From: Bilabrum cf. latius
Lineage: Eukaryota
Reading direction: 5' to 3'
NCBI GenBank assembly: GCA_965178125.1
Contig: OZ237738.1
Span: 1,612,001-1,655,333 of the forward strand
Length of the DNA stretch: 43,333 nt
A program made the translations under genes and the position numbers. How positions within the stretch are numbered: position 1 is the first letter of the stretch; each line of letters opens with the position of its first letter. The notes beneath the pieces were generated by a model. The model did not search any database and had not been told where the DNA came from. It worked only from the letters and a program-made list of their open reading frames with translations. This document shows, piece by piece, positions 11,801 to 24,688 of this stretch.

Positions 11801-13107
11801 CTGGTGTAGCAGGAACTCCCGGTGCGGGCGCAGACTCGAATGATCCCACCGGGGAGGACACCCCAGAATCTCCTCGTGCTCGCAGCAAGCGCTCCGTGTT
11901 TCTGTCTCTGTCGAAGGCCCTGCAGGACGAAGGCAGCTCCCTAGCGCATGCCCTGTTGAGGCAGCTCGTGCAGAAAGGGTCGATGGACGCAGCTGCAGTG
12001 TCCGCTGCGGGAGAGTCCGAGGGGCTGCCTGGTCCTGAGGATCCGGACAAGGCCGCGGCGCTGGCAGAGCTCGTGCGAGAGTCAAGCGAGAGGGCAGCCC
12101 GGGCGGCGAAAGACGCTGAGAAGGCTAGAGAACATCACCTGGCGCAACAGCGGGAGAGCGCTGCCAGGAGGGTGTAGCAGCGGGAGAGGTAGCGCAAGCA
12201 CGAGAGCGCCCGGGCGGCGGAGAGGAGGAGAGTCCTGGAGGCAGCCAAGCCCATGGCCGTGGTGGAGCTGGGTGGGGCATTCGGGCTCGGATCCGCCATC
12301 GAAGCCTCCCACTCGCCGGTGGGTGCAGGCGGAGATCCTCACCTGGGCGCACCTCAGATGCTCATCGGTGGTGGGATCAAGGGGGTGGGCCAGGGGTTGC
12401 CCCCGGGTTGGGTGGAGCCGATGGAAGTGGGGATCGGGATGCGGAGGGCGCAATCGGGAGGGATGGACACAAGGGGGTTCCCTGCAGGGCGCCGCAGCAG
12501 GAGTGATCCCTCGAGCGCTCGCTCATCCGTTGGGCGCGCGCGTGGGCTCGGGCGCGGGCGCGGATAGGGGTCCGGTGGGCATGGGTCCACCAGTGCGAGC
12601 CGCGGGGTTCCAGGGAGTGGTGGGGCGTAGAGAGGACGGCAGGGGCTGGCGGTGGGTGGGGTAGCGTCAGCGCGAGAAAGGAGAGCGGGGGTCCCAAAGG
12701 CAGGCCTCTTCATGCAAAGACAGGGCAGTTTTGGAGCCGGTGCTCACGGTGCGTCCAGCCAACCAGTTCCAATGGCGGGCTTCGGGCAACGTCGCAATGG
12801 TGGTATGGTGGGGACAGGGCCGGGCTCCGGCATGGGGTCAGGAGTCAGTCGGAGCGGCATGGCTGCCAGAGGAGCGTTGTTGCTCTCGGGTATGGGGGCT
12901 GGCACGGGCACGAGCTCTGGCAGGGGTTCGAGGAGTGCCAGGAATGGGGCAGCAGTGAGCCGACGTGGCCTGGCTGGCTAGGACCGCCGTGGGGGCTCCA
13001 CGGGCCGGACATCGACTGCCACATCGTCCGGAGCCATGGAAATGGACGTGTCCTCTTTCCCAGCTTCTGGACTTCGGGGCAACCGAGGTGGCAATCCGTT
13101 CCGGTAA
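8872..13107 (+). CDS. Tubulin-tyrosine-ligase-like protein (TTLL6/13-like polyglutamylase), about 1411 aa
   Basis: ATG at 8872. One frame with 10 TAG (8947, 9340, 10633, 10756, 11167, 12175, 12190, 12565, 12628, 12979) and stop TAA at 13105-13107. TTL motifs: SHFPGTREICNK, FFPPSFVLP, IAKPDQGAQGRGI, VQSYIPKPLLLDGHKFDLRIY, DGLVRFAT, HLTNYSINK, CFELLGLDVML, LIEVNQAPS. Confidence 0.9.
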
Positions 13108-13471
13108 TGTCGGGGTCGAGGTGGGAACTTAGCGCACAGAGACGGCTGCGCAGCAGGAACTGGTGGTCGAGGTTTGATGGTTGGCAGTTGCGGCACTGCA
13201 GCCTGCCTGAGTGGGCTCGTGAAGCTGCCGTCACGCCGGCGGTGGCCGCCGGCGCCGGCGGTAGTAATGTTTCTTCTCTCTCTCAATGCTACCATGTTGA
13301 AGTCAATGCTTGTCCCAGTCGTTACACTGGCTTTACAAGCCACCCTTGCTGCAGACAATCCAAATTTCAGCTGTTTTGGCCGGCCACGGAGCTTGCGTAA
13401 ACCGCCTGGCAATCAGTACTGCCAGTGGCAGATACCCGTGCTTGAACCTGCTCGAGAGCAAGCTCATAGCC

Positions 13472-14770
13472 ATGGCGCTGCACCAGCCGCGAGTGCAGTC
13501 GAAATCGATGTTTCGCTGTGAATACTGCAAAGTTTGGCTCTAGGATGATCCCATTGTAAGTAGTGCGGCAAGATTCCAGCTGCCAGCGTTGTGGTTGTTA
13601 GCTTCCGATGTCTGTTTTACATATTTCATTCATCTTGTCTCGCAGACGAAACGTATCCACAACCAAGGCAAGAAGCACAAAGAAAATGTCAAGTTGTTTC
13701 TCCTGGAGCAACAGACCAAGAGAGTTGCAGCCAAAAAAGATGAGGAAAGCCGCGATGCTTTGCTGGCGGACCTCGAGCAGAAGGCATCCGCGGCAACAAC
13801 ATCAATGCGCGGAAGCATGGTACCCAAGCCACCATCAGGGAATCCCCCTGCATTTGCCTTTGATATGATATAGGACGTATAGCCACCGTCCCTGCCAGCA
13901 CCGCCGGACGCAGTCCGTTTGGGCACCTAGGCGTACCGAGCCTGCATCAGCATGGGGTACCTGTCGCCGATGCCAGGTGGCTGGCCAGTGGCGACGGACG
14001 GTGCCGTGTCTCAGAAGCGACCGAGGTCAAATGTGTCCGGGCAGGAAAGCTTCAAGCCCTCTAGTGGGCCAGAATCGAAGCGCTCCAGGTGGGGCCCATC
14101 CTCCGCTGCTGAGGCAGATGGTGGGCAAGGCTCTACTAATCTGAGCGGTGGCACTAAAGCACGAGTACTCGGGTCTAGCACTGCGCCAAGTGCCCCGCCG
14201 CCTGCCTTTGTATACCAGGACGAGTACGAGCTCGTAGTTGAGGAGCCAGAGGAGCAGGCGGTCGACTCCCAGGAGGGCGAGGAGGCAGCTGGCCATGGAC
14301 CCTCCGTGGAAAGAGCGCAGGGAGGGGCATCCACCGGGGATGCGGCAGCTGCACCTGCCAGCGCAGATGCGGCAGAGTGGCTTGCTGCCGAGGAAGCGGA
14401 GACGGGGGATGTGCAGGCTGGCGGAGACTCGGCCACCTCCCATGCCCTGGCTGCACTGCAAGCCCGGGTGGGTCCGGGGCAGCAGTCGGGCGTCAGGTCA
14501 TTGTCTTCCAGTGAGTCGTCTAAACCTGGTGAGATTGCCAGCAGCCGTGCCGCAAACGAGCCTGCGGGTGGCTGGTCAAGAAGGGCAGGCGATGCCTCGG
14601 CAACAGCGGCAGAAGTTGAGACGAGCACCGGTAGCAAGGCATCTGCCTCTGGCGGGAGCAATGGTACACAAGTGGTCATCGATCCTGCTGCCGTTGAAGG
14701 CCTCTTCCGATCTAGACCGCAGGGCAACTCGAAGAAAAAGAAAAAGAAGCGGAATGCCGGGAGGCGGTGA
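13472..14770 (+). CDS. U1-type (matrin) zinc-finger protein with WBP4/FBP21-like N-terminus, about 402 aa; exons 13472..13555 and 13646..14770
   Basis: A GTAAGT...CGCAG intron spans 13556..13645 (90 nt). The spliced product CEYCKVWL*DDPITKRIHNQGKKHKENV restores the C-x2-C-x13-H-x5-H spacing of the WBP4 zinc finger. TAG at 13541, 13871, 13880 and 13928; stop TGA at 14768-14770. Lys-rich C-terminus; no clear WW domain seen. Confidence 0.75.
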
Positions 14771-14835
14771 CGGCGGCAGCCCCAAGTTGCCTGCATGCAA
14801 AGAGCTTGTCATGCGCAAGTATTGAGTAATCTTGA

Positions 14836-15258
14836 TCATGTCTTCTTGTCAATCTGGTTCCTCTCCTATATCTTCTTTCTTCGCTCCGCCCGGATTACAC
14901 GCTTGAGCTCTTTGTACGACAGATTCTCTGGCCCTCGGCTCTTGAGCTCCTCAATCGTAGGGTCTTCTTCCAGTAGTTCAAAGAGCCACGCCGGGTACTC
15001 TGAGTCATCCAAATACTGTGGTTCTTCCCCACCCTGCTTCAAGTTGACAGGAATGTCCTTGGTCAAGTCGAACTTCTCTGCGCTGCCCCCACCTCCGCCA
15101 CCACCTTTTGCTTTAGCACTGGCAGACGTGCTAGATGCTATGCATCGTCTGAACTTATCGCAGGCAGAGCATGAAACAATGCGCAATAATCCAAAATCCT
15201 TCGGAAGACGACTACCAGCCCGACATGATGCTGCGGCTACTCTTCGGGCGGCACGCAT
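14836..15258 (-). CDS. MRPL54: Mitochondrial ribosomal protein mL54 (MRPL54 / yeast MRPL37 family), about 140 aa
   Basis: Motif VNLKQGGEEPQYLDDSEYPAWLFELL follows an Arg/Ala/Ser-rich transit peptide. Reading TAG 14868-14866 as Gln completes the C-terminal helix RRKKI*ERNQIDKKT. Stop TGA at 14838-14836. Confidence 0.82.
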
Positions 15259-15524
15259 CACCTACCTGCGGACGCAAATCTAGCATCACGACCAAAGTCC
15301 AACCCATCGAATACTAGTGAAGAAATGTAGGGAGTTTCACAAGCGTCTTACATTGTCTGTATTGTGTAATTCGCGGATGCAACAAGACTGAAACAAAATA
15401 CAGACTGTTATGTAATTAACACGTTACATCGTACAAAGTGGCGGGAGCTGTGCTGGCAGAAGGGCCTCGGTGCGGTGCGTCTGCCCCACAAATACCCTCC
15501 TACCAAACATGGTTAGATGTATCC

Positions 15525-18500
15525 TCATCTTTGTGCAGTACCCCATTCGATGGGCGCCATCCAAACTTTCCCATCGCCCTCTGGCTTGGGCCCACTCTTG
15601 GCATGCAGCGCAAGCCTCGTGCACAGCCGCTCTACGACCCGCTGTCTCACCCTGTATCTAGCGGCACGGTCCTCTTTGCGGGACACCTCTGCGATCACCT
15701 TGCCCTGATACACCCTCACTGGCCTCTTCTTGTCCCCCTTGGCTCCCTCTCCCTCAACAGCCGGAGACACCCCCTCGTTGGTTGCCTCGAACACGAGCCC
15801 AACCCTCTCCCGACCATGGCGCTCCTTGGGCTTGTCACCATCTCCTGCGCTGCTCCTCCTCTTCCCACTGACCCCTGCCACCTCCCTCGACCCCACCGCG
15901 GGGTCCTCGAAAACCCTGAGACTCAGGGGATGACCCCCCACCTCCACCATCCGCATCATGAGCAGCTCTCTCGGCGGGGGTGCGCGGGGTTGCGGGGGCC
16001 GCCGCCGGCCGGGAGGTGCGGGGGGCTTCCCCGATCCCGTGGAGCCTGACGAACCGGCCGCCGGGCCGGGAGGAGGCTTGCTGGCTTCCTCGCCTGCAGC
16101 CCCTGCGCCCACAGGCCCGTGCCCCTCCGCCTCAGCCTTGCCCCTCCTCCGCTTAAGCACCACCACCTTGGTTCCCTTAGATTGCGCGCGGGCACGCTCA
16201 GCCGCCTGCTCCATCTGCACCTGCGCGATGTGCCTGGGGACCTCCTCCCCTCTTGACTCGAGCTGCACCAGCCGCCTCAATCGAGCGGCCAGCCCGTTCC
16301 TGAGCCTGGTGCGCTTCGTGCCCTTGGCTTCATCCACGGGCACCTGCAGCTTGGCTGTGTACGGGCGACTGGCGGCATCCGCCGTCACCACGCCCTGGTC
16401 TAGCGTCTGCCGAGCCAGGCTCTGCCGCCTCGCGCGGCGCTTCTTGCCCCCTGAAGACGCAGCAGTGCTTGGTGCAAAATACAGCACCCGGGCATCGTAC
16501 TAGAAGTGAATCGGAGCTCTTGTCGGCGCATCACGTCCCGCCCCCGTTGCATTCTGGATGGCTTGGTCAAGCCCGTCCCTCGCAAGCACGTCTAGCACGA
16601 CAGGCACACCCGACACAACCCGGCGGTCCCTCGCAAGCACCAGCATGCCCTCGGGGTTCGTCCGCCCGACCGGGACTGCACCAGGGTACATGGGTGGCTT
16701 GGCACTGCCTGGACGCTTCTGCGGGGACGGATCCCCTCCCGCGTGATCTCCTGTATTGTCTGCCTTGACTGCATCTGGAGAGGCTGCGTCTCCCTCTCGC
16801 GCAGCTGGCAGGGCACCTTCCTCACCCACACCGCGTCCGGTCTCATCTACGCCGTCATCGTCGTCCTCGTCGCTGTCGCTGCTGCTGTCGCCGGCTTCCG
16901 AGTCGCTGCTGCTGCTGCTGAGGCCGGATGAGCCCGACGAACCCGCTCCGCTGGCGGGCGCATTTGGGGGCGCAGTATCATTCGTCTTGATTCGCGGGCG
17001 GGCTGACAGCGGTCTTGACTTGCGAGCAGGTGAATCCTGCTAGCCCACGCCCTTGCCCTGCAGCGCCCTGGTGCTTCGGCTGCGAGGATGACTAGACTAA
17101 GGACGGAGCCGGCCTGCAGGAGCGGCTGGGACCTAGCCCTCGGCCTGACCGGCACCGTACCTTCTTAGCTCGATGGTCTTGCCTCCGGAGTCCTCGTCCA
17201 GTGAACCTCCCCCCTCTGCTTCGGTGGGTGCGCGGGGCTGCACCACAGCCGCCTCGGACGCGCCCATGCCCTCTACCCTAAGGCAGGGCAGGAAGCGCCG
17301 CACCAGCGCGGCCACCACCTTCCGCTGCAGAGAGGCAGACTGAGGGACCACCACCACCGTGGCGCCACCGAAGCGGGGCGGTCCAGTCTTCGCTGCTGCT
17401 GGCACAGGCGCAACGGCCCGTCTGGCCGCAGCCGCAGCAGCAGCCAGGTCACCGCCGCCCTCAGCCTGGCCAGGTACAAGACCAGCAACAATAGATCGTC
17501 GTCTTGCCGTGGACTGCCGCCGACCCCTCTGCCGAGCGGTCGCTTGGTCCTCGCCACCGCGCGAATCCCGGCTGGACTCGGCCGGCTGCACCACAGGGTG
17601 CTCCCCAAGCCCGGCCTGCAGCGCCGCTTTCATGACTGCCTAGCCAACGTCCCCGTCGAGCGGGACGCCGACGAGCAGCGGCGAGTCGGCACTGGACCCT
17701 GACTGTTGAAGGCCCTTGCCGCTGCCTCTAGCCCGCGAACCGATCCGGGGATCCACAAGAGGCACGGCATGGAATTCAAGGCGGGCCTTGACCCTGTCAA
17801 TTGCGCCGGCGGGTCCGCTGGCTCTCGCAGGTCTGGCTTTCCCAGTCGCCTGCCCCACGACCCTTAGGGTCACAGGTACTGCGCTACCCTTGGTGCCGCT
17901 CCCGTCCATGCCGTGGGACGAGGCACCGCTAGACATTCGCACAAACACGCGCAGCTGAAGTAGGTCCACCCTTACCCCAGGACCGCCGGCACTGCCTTCC
18001 CTTCCTCCCTTGGCAAGCCGCATCACGCGCTTCACTGCCAGCGGCACCGTGCTGACGGCCGCTAGTGCCTCATCAGCCACCTGCGACTCGGAGGGATCCT
18101 CGTCTACGGGCGGGGTGGGCTCTGCCTCGGGCTGCCGGAGGGGTGAACCTGCAGGTGCTGGGCTTGCCTCCTACGCTGGATGCTGCAGCGGTGACTTGAC
18201 TGCCGCAGCAAATGGGTGGATATCCGCGTGCTTCGGCGACACGGGCTCCAGCGAGATCCGCACCGATCGAGCCGGCTTCGGCTTGGGTGCTACGCCGGTG
18301 GCAGAAGCCGCAAAGGCAGATTCCAAAGACCGTGGGACGGCGGGCGCAGGAGCTTCCTCGGGGTCGGTGCCTTGCTCTTGAACGGCTGCATTGTCTGTCT
18401 GCGTGCCTATCTCCTCCCGGGGACTGGCCTCAGCGCGCGCACCCTCCACTGGCGAGTCCTCCTCGGCCCTACCCATGGGTGGCTGCAGTCCTTGCATGTC

Positions 18501-21146
18501 CGCTGCGATGGATGCTGCCAGCAAGGCTCTGCGCAGCCACCCAGAAGATGCACCACCCTCGCCGTCGCCAATGAAGCCCCCAGTAGCAGCCGGCGTAGTG
18601 GAGTCTTGACCCCCTGCTTTTCCTTTCCGCCTCTTCCTCTTCTTCTTCTTGGCAGGCGGCGGACCAGCAACGAGGCCCATTCCCCTCGCGATCGCAACGA
18701 TGCCCTTCTTCCCAATCTTGTCGATGAGTCCACCCGCACTAGCCAACAGCGCCCCTGCGGCTGCCTGCGATACCGCGCGGGCCTCCGAGGCCCGCCGCCC
18801 TGCGGCCTCGATCTTGGCCATCAGCTACGGAGCGAGCTCATCGGCGAACTACTCGGCGGGCTCTAGGTCCTCTCCATCGGTCCCAATGCGAACCGCTGCC
18901 TCCTTCATGTCTAGGGTGGCTTCTTCTGCTGTATCTGCGCGGGCTGCCTAGACGGCAATCTCCCTTGCAGCCCGCTTGAGTCTCGCCTTGAGCTCTCGCA
19001 ACGCGTGGAGGGCATGCGAGGGGTTGGAAGCAGTCTGCCGGAGCCTTGCGTCTGCTGCGGCCGCCTGGGCAGCACCCACCGCAGCATGGGTTAGAGATGG
19101 ACTGGCTACGGTCATGTGCACGAGCGCAGCTGGGTCGCTGGGGTATCCATCTGTCGGCGCGGCATGAGCGGAGTGAGCTACCGGCGCAGTCAGCGTGGGA
19201 AGGAAGCCCCGTTCGGCCGACTCGTCAGGCCCAGCGGTGGCAGAGGCCGCGTGAGCTGACTGCAGCCCCCGCCTCTGCCGGGGAGAAAAGGTGGCTCCCA
19301 AACGGGGGCGGCCAGCCCCGGCGGGCACGGAGCCGGGTCGCGCCTGCCTGCCCCCTGTGCTCTTCTCTCCCCAAGCCGACCGAGAAGGTGGCACTGGCCT
19401 CGCCCCGGGCCCTGCAGACGAGGAAACAGGAACATCTCCAGCCATGACTTGCGCGATGGAGCGCCGCATGCCCTCGGCAGCGCGGGCAGCAGCCGCCATG
19501 CGCCCCTCCATGAGGCGGCTCCTGGCCACTTCACCGGCACTGCGCCTTCGTTCCGTTGCAAGCTGCATCTCTGCCTCAATTGCCCGCCGTCTCCATTGCT
19601 CAGCAATTGCCTTCCAATCGTCCGTTTCTCCTCTCGACCGACCACCAGCTGTATCGTCACCGTCCTTAACAGATCCAGAGCCACCCACACCCACGCCCAC
19701 GCCCACGCCTAGCCCGCCGTTGCCACCTCGATCTTCCCCGCTGGGCTAGAGAGGCATGTCTCCGCTCGGGGGAGCCATCAATCGGGCTCCAGCCTCCGCC
19801 AGGGCAGCCCTATCAAGCGCCTGCTCCTAGAGCAGGTACTTGCACAGCTGCTCAAGCTCCTCCCGTGACAAGGGGCTGCCGAACGCGCTGGACAGCCCTG
19901 GATCGCCTCCTCGAGTGCCTCTGCCTCCCGATCTCCTCGTTGCACCCGCCGCATCGAGTGCCTATGAAAGAGACGCCCCAGCCCGCTGCACCGCCCCTGC
20001 CAGCCGAATCATCACATTCTCCGTTTTCCGCAGCGCTGCCTGGGCCTCCAGCGCGGCTGTGGCGCTCTCCTGCTCTGCCTGGGAGAGGGCAACGATCAGC
20101 GGGGCCACGTGCTGGGGGCGGAGCCTGGGGGCCACCTGGTCTCTGCGGGAATCCACGGTCCGCCTTGTCTCCCCGTCCACCTGCATATGCCCTTCCCCTT
20201 GCCCTTTCCCGCCAGACTGCTGATCCCCAGGCTCCCACCGGGCGGGCTGCTCAAGCTCGCCACCGCCTGCCTGAGGCGGGAAGAATCCACCGTCTTGCGC
20301 CCCCGGCCTATCCATGCTAGGCGACTATCCCGGTGATCTCTGCCTCGGAGTTCTAGCCCTCCCTCTTGTCCTGGTCCTGGCCGCTCCTCCAGCGTCCCCG
20401 TACGGCGACTGGGCAGCCAGAGATCGCTGGGCAGGAGAGAGGGCGCCGCGAGGCCTGGACCGGGACGGAGACCGGTCCGACTCTTGTCTCCCAACACGAC
20501 TAGATTCAAGCTTGGCAAGATGGTCGCGCTTTTTGGTTTGACCTCGAACCCCGGCGGGCGGTCTTGCTTCTTCCTGTTTGCGTGTGCGGCGGCGAGTCTC
20601 CCGAGCGAGCCGAGCCATGCGAGCCTGCCGCTCTGATGCACTATCATCAGACTTTTCTTCTTCATCGAGCTACTTCGCTTCTTGTGGCTTTCTACGTCGT
20701 TCTCTTGGGCTCGACTTGCGCGAACTAGCGGTTGCTCGGATGCGGCGCCTAGAGTTAGCGCTCTACATTGCCTGTGCTGCAGCCTGCGAGCGGGGACGCG
20801 AGGAAACCTCTGACACATGGCCATTGGTATGCCCATTGTTTTGCTCTGGTTCATCTGGTTCGGCCCGCGGCTTTGTCAGGCTATCTTCCTAGGCCTCAGT
20901 GTCGCTGGCTGCTGCTGCGCTCCCTGCAGCATTACTCGAATCGCCGCTGTCCGAGCCGGAGTCGCTCATGGTTAAATTTTCTACAGGTGCCCCTGCAGCT
21001 TCGCTGGCGCCGCCTGCGCTCGACCTGGAGTCCTCCTCGAACGCAGGTGGGGGGATGGTGCTGTTCGGGTTGCCGGGGCTGTTCGACGAGCGAAACGATA
21101 CTTTTGATGCCAGCTCCCTCTGTCTGTCCGCATCTGAGTCTGACAT
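15525..21146 (-). CDS. Large hypothetical low-complexity / coiled-coil protein, about 1873 aa
   Basis: Nine track ORFs (15525, 16500, 17133, 17640, 18171, 18948, 19962, 20325, 20889) share one frame. Every interrupting stop checked is TAG (at least 16). ATG at 21146, stop TGA at 15527-15525. Ala/Gly/Ser/Arg-rich with helical segments (AIAEQWRRRAIEAEMQLATERRR); no recognised domain. Confidence 0.7.
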
Positions 21147-21695
21147 TGTATTTTTTCGCTTTGTGTAAGTATTTGAGCGGCCGGGGCGCGCTGAAATTGC
21201 TGTTTTCGGAAACAGACCGACCGAACGGAAACACTACTCGGAGTAAATAATATGTCGCAACTTGTTGAACGGCGGTCGCGCACAACTTGAAGAGCGCGGT
21301 GAGCCTGCATGGTCGCAGCTGACTTCGTTACCATCGAAGGGACTGGTAAGGTGGCTGTTGCTGGTTAGTACATGGAGGCCGTGAGAGCATACACTTCGCA
21401 AGCATCTGGGTGGGTTGTTCTCAAGCAGCCAACGTCAGCCTACGTGCAACTACATCCACCCACGCCATGGCCAGACGTGAACTCAGAGCAGTCACTAGAA
21501 CAGCTTTGATGCACCTGTTAAGTCCTTGTCGCGGCTAAATGTGCCGTTGCTCTTCGGTATTTGTCCGCCCCGTGCAGCCAACGGGTGCTGCATGCATGGG
21601 CCAGCTGGGTTGCGTGCGATTCCAGCGGCGGCGAGTCTATATTGCCCGAATCCTCGCAGTTGTAGCGTCCACAGAAAAGCCTACTCCAGCTCAAG

Positions 21696-24053
21696 ATGAA
21701 AATTATTGACCATGTTAATACAAAGATCAAAGAAGGCCGCTAGTTCTACTCATTTGAGTACTTTCCGCCCAGAACGCAGCTTGGTTTGGAGAACCTGTGA
21801 GGCCATCTATCTATTGTGGATCAACAGCGCAGCTTCAAGCTTACAAAAGTATGCCAAATGCTGCTGCAATTATTTATCATACTGTACCGCAGGCTCCTTC
21901 GTATGGATCGGATGGCTGCTCTTGAGCCTGCGTTTATGGATGTGACATGGACTGCAGGTGGGGATCCTGCTGAGCATGAAAGGGCATTTGCTCTGTGTGA
22001 CCACGCGCGAAAAGTGGCAGGTGTTACGCCTATGCTACATCTTACCCTGACCGGCATGACGGTCGAGGCCATCAAATCTGTGCTGAGTACTGCAAAGCAG
22101 CGCGGAGTTAAGAACATCCTCGCGCTCCGTGGCGATCCAGCCCGCGGCTAGACAGAATGGAAACCGGTTCCTGGTGGGATGAGCAAGGCAGAAGACCTTG
22201 TGCGGTTGATTCGCAAGGAGCACGGAGACTACTTCTGCATCGCAGTAGCAGGCTTTCCGGAAGGCCACGACGGCGCCGGTAGGGAGGCGAGCAAGCCGCC
22301 AGCGGCAGCCCGTCCATCGACGGATGCCGCCAGTCCTGACAGCTCCGGCGCGGAACGCGCGGCAGACAAAGCCCTTCGCGCCGTGTCTGCCCCTCGCGAG
22401 GAGGAAAAGCCGGTCGAGGGCGAGAGCAAGGAGGCCGGCGCCGCAGCCAACGACAAGCCAGCCCCTGCCGTAGCACCCGCCAAGGCGCCGCTGTCGCCCT
22501 CCAAGGACCCAGCTGCAGCCGGGGACCCATGGGCCGGCTCGGACGGCTCGTATGCTGTGGACCTGCGCGCGCTGAAGGGCAAGGTGGACGCAGGTGCTGA
22601 CATGGTTCTGACGCAGCTCTTCTATGATCCCGCCGTGTACTCTGCCTTCGTGAGAGACGCGAGGGCGGCGGGGGTGCCCGACTCTGTGCCCATCATCCCC
22701 GGGCTGCTGCCGCTGTACTCTCGGGCCGCCTTCGAGCGAGTGACCCGGCACTGCAACATCGTGGTGCCCCGTCCACTGAGGGACGTAGTGGAGGCGTGCG
22801 GGTCGGACGAGGCCAAGCTGAGGAGGGCGGGGCGGGCCTACATGGCGGCTATGGGAGAGGAGCTGCTGGCGGCAGGTGCCCCTGGTCTGCACTTCTACAC
22901 GCTCAATTTGGAGAGCGAGGTGCGGGCCATCCTGTCCTCCCTCGGTCTGGCCAAGGGGCTTGAGGCGAGGAAGCTGCCGTGGAGGCCCAGCGCGGATGGG
23001 AGCAGGGCGGGGCAGGAGCAGGTGCGGCCCATCTTCTGGGCGAACCGGCCGCGGTCCTATGTGGCCCGCACGGAGGACTGGGACGTGTTTCCTAGGGGCA
23101 GGTGGGGAGGGGCGGACAACCCCGCCTTCGCTGAGCTGCAGCAGTCGCACTTTGCGGGGCTGGTCCTGGGCAGCGCCGAGGAGCGGAGGGCCATGTGGGG
23201 AGAGGCCCCTGCCTCGGACTCGGCTGTGAGGGAGGTTTTCGTGGGCTACTTGACGGGCCGTATTGAGCGGCTGCCGTGGTGTGACCAGCCGCTGCATGCC
23301 GAGACCTCTCCCCTGGTAGACGCCATGGCCAGGCTCAACAGGGCGGGCTACCTCACCATCAACTCGCAGCCCAGGGTGAATGGTGCCAGATCAGATGACC
23401 CCACCTACGGCTGGGGTGGCAAGGGCGGCTATGTGTACCAGAAGGCGTACATCGAGTGCTTCTGCCGCCCCAAGGCTCTGCGGGCCCTCATGGAGGCAGC
23501 CCTGGAGCACCCGTCCATCACGTACCTCGCCTCGGACAAGAAGGGCAACACGTACAGTAATCGCGAGAGCACAGCGGCAGCGCTGAGCCGATCGGCGAGC
23601 GGGGCCTCCTCGGGGGCCGGGGCGGACGGTGCCGGGCTGACTGCCCCCCGCACCAAGGCGTACGCAGTCACCTGGGGCGTATTCCCTGGGCGTGAGGTGA
23701 AGCAGCCCACCGTGGTGGACCCTGCTGCTTTCTTGGCGTGGCGTGACGAGGCCTTCGTGCTGTGGGGCGAGGCATGGGCGGGCATCTACGAGGCAGACAG
23801 CGACGCCAGGGAGCATCTGGAGGCCATGCGTGACGAGTGTTTCTTGCTGTGCGTGGTGGATGACGACTTTGTGGGTGGCGATGTGTTTGCTGTGTTCGAC
23901 AACGCGGCTCGGAGGCTGGGGTACCCTGGTGGACTGGAGGACTGCGTTGGTCCAGAGGCAGCGGCTGGGGGGGCAAGTGCAGACGGGTCTACCGCTGGCA
24001 CAGCGGGTGAAGAGAAGGCTGCTGCGGGTGCGGCGGCAGCGGCTGCTACGTGA
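21696..24053 (+). CDS. MTHFR: Methylenetetrahydrofolate reductase, eukaryotic type with C-terminal SAM-binding regulatory domain, about 753 aa; exons 21696..21796 and 21893..24053
   Basis: Starts MKIIDH...FYSFEYFPPRT. A GT...CGCAG intron spans 21797..21892 (96 nt). Motifs: MDVTWTAGG, NILALRGDPARG*, IAVAGFPEGH, LKGKVDAGAD, TQLFYD, LHFYTLN, VRPIFWANRP, LTINSQP, GYVYQKAY, AVTWGVFPG. TAG at 21741 and 22149; stop TGA at 24051-24053. Confidence 0.95.
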
Positions 24054-24688
24054 TGAACACAATGAAAACAATCAATAGACTATGCAGCTGCAACTAGCTA
24101 GGCCAAGCTCGTTTCGGCCTGTTTGCATGCATGCACCTCGTCTCAGCATGCGTCCTGGTGCCAGTGGCTCATGCGCTAGTCAACGTTGTCCGGGACTAAC
24201 GACTAACCCAGCACGACCCTCACGCCTCACTCCCCGCGCTAATGCTGCCTCGGTACTAGGCCCTATACGCCCGCAGCCCTCTCCTGGACTCCTCTCTTCG
24301 AACAATCTACTCAAGCGCCACGCGGCAGTCCACCTCATTATCTGGGTGCGCCCACTTCTACTCTTCAGTATCCGGGCCTTCGTCATTTGAGGCAACGTCA
24401 CGCGCTACGCTGCTTAGTATCTCTGGGTGCCCTCATGCCACAGTGGTGCTTGTCCTGTCGGCACCAAGCGCAAGAATTGGAAGTAAGTGTATCCTTTGGT
24501 GCAGTACGATTGTGTTAACACCTAAGCATCGACTACGAAACCTTCCTGGGCCACTACTAAGTCTCTGAAATCCATGGTTGACATCATTAATTTGGCCCGT
24601 TCGCCTGTGCAGCACGACGCAAATGCCACAGGACTCGGAGATCCTCGGCCGGCCCCAACCCAATGGCAAGATCGGTGTCAAAATAGCA

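Noticed and set aside
103-24053. Amino-acid or one-carbon metabolic gene cluster (HIS3, MRI1, MTHFR)
   Set aside because: The genes belong to different pathways, and MRI1 and MTHFR are separated by six unrelated genes. Chance is sufficient.
24414-24575. 53-aa minus-strand ORF with one TAG (MDFRDLVVAQEG...) between MTHFR and kish
   Set aside because: It is short with no recognisable similarity and could be kish 3' UTR.
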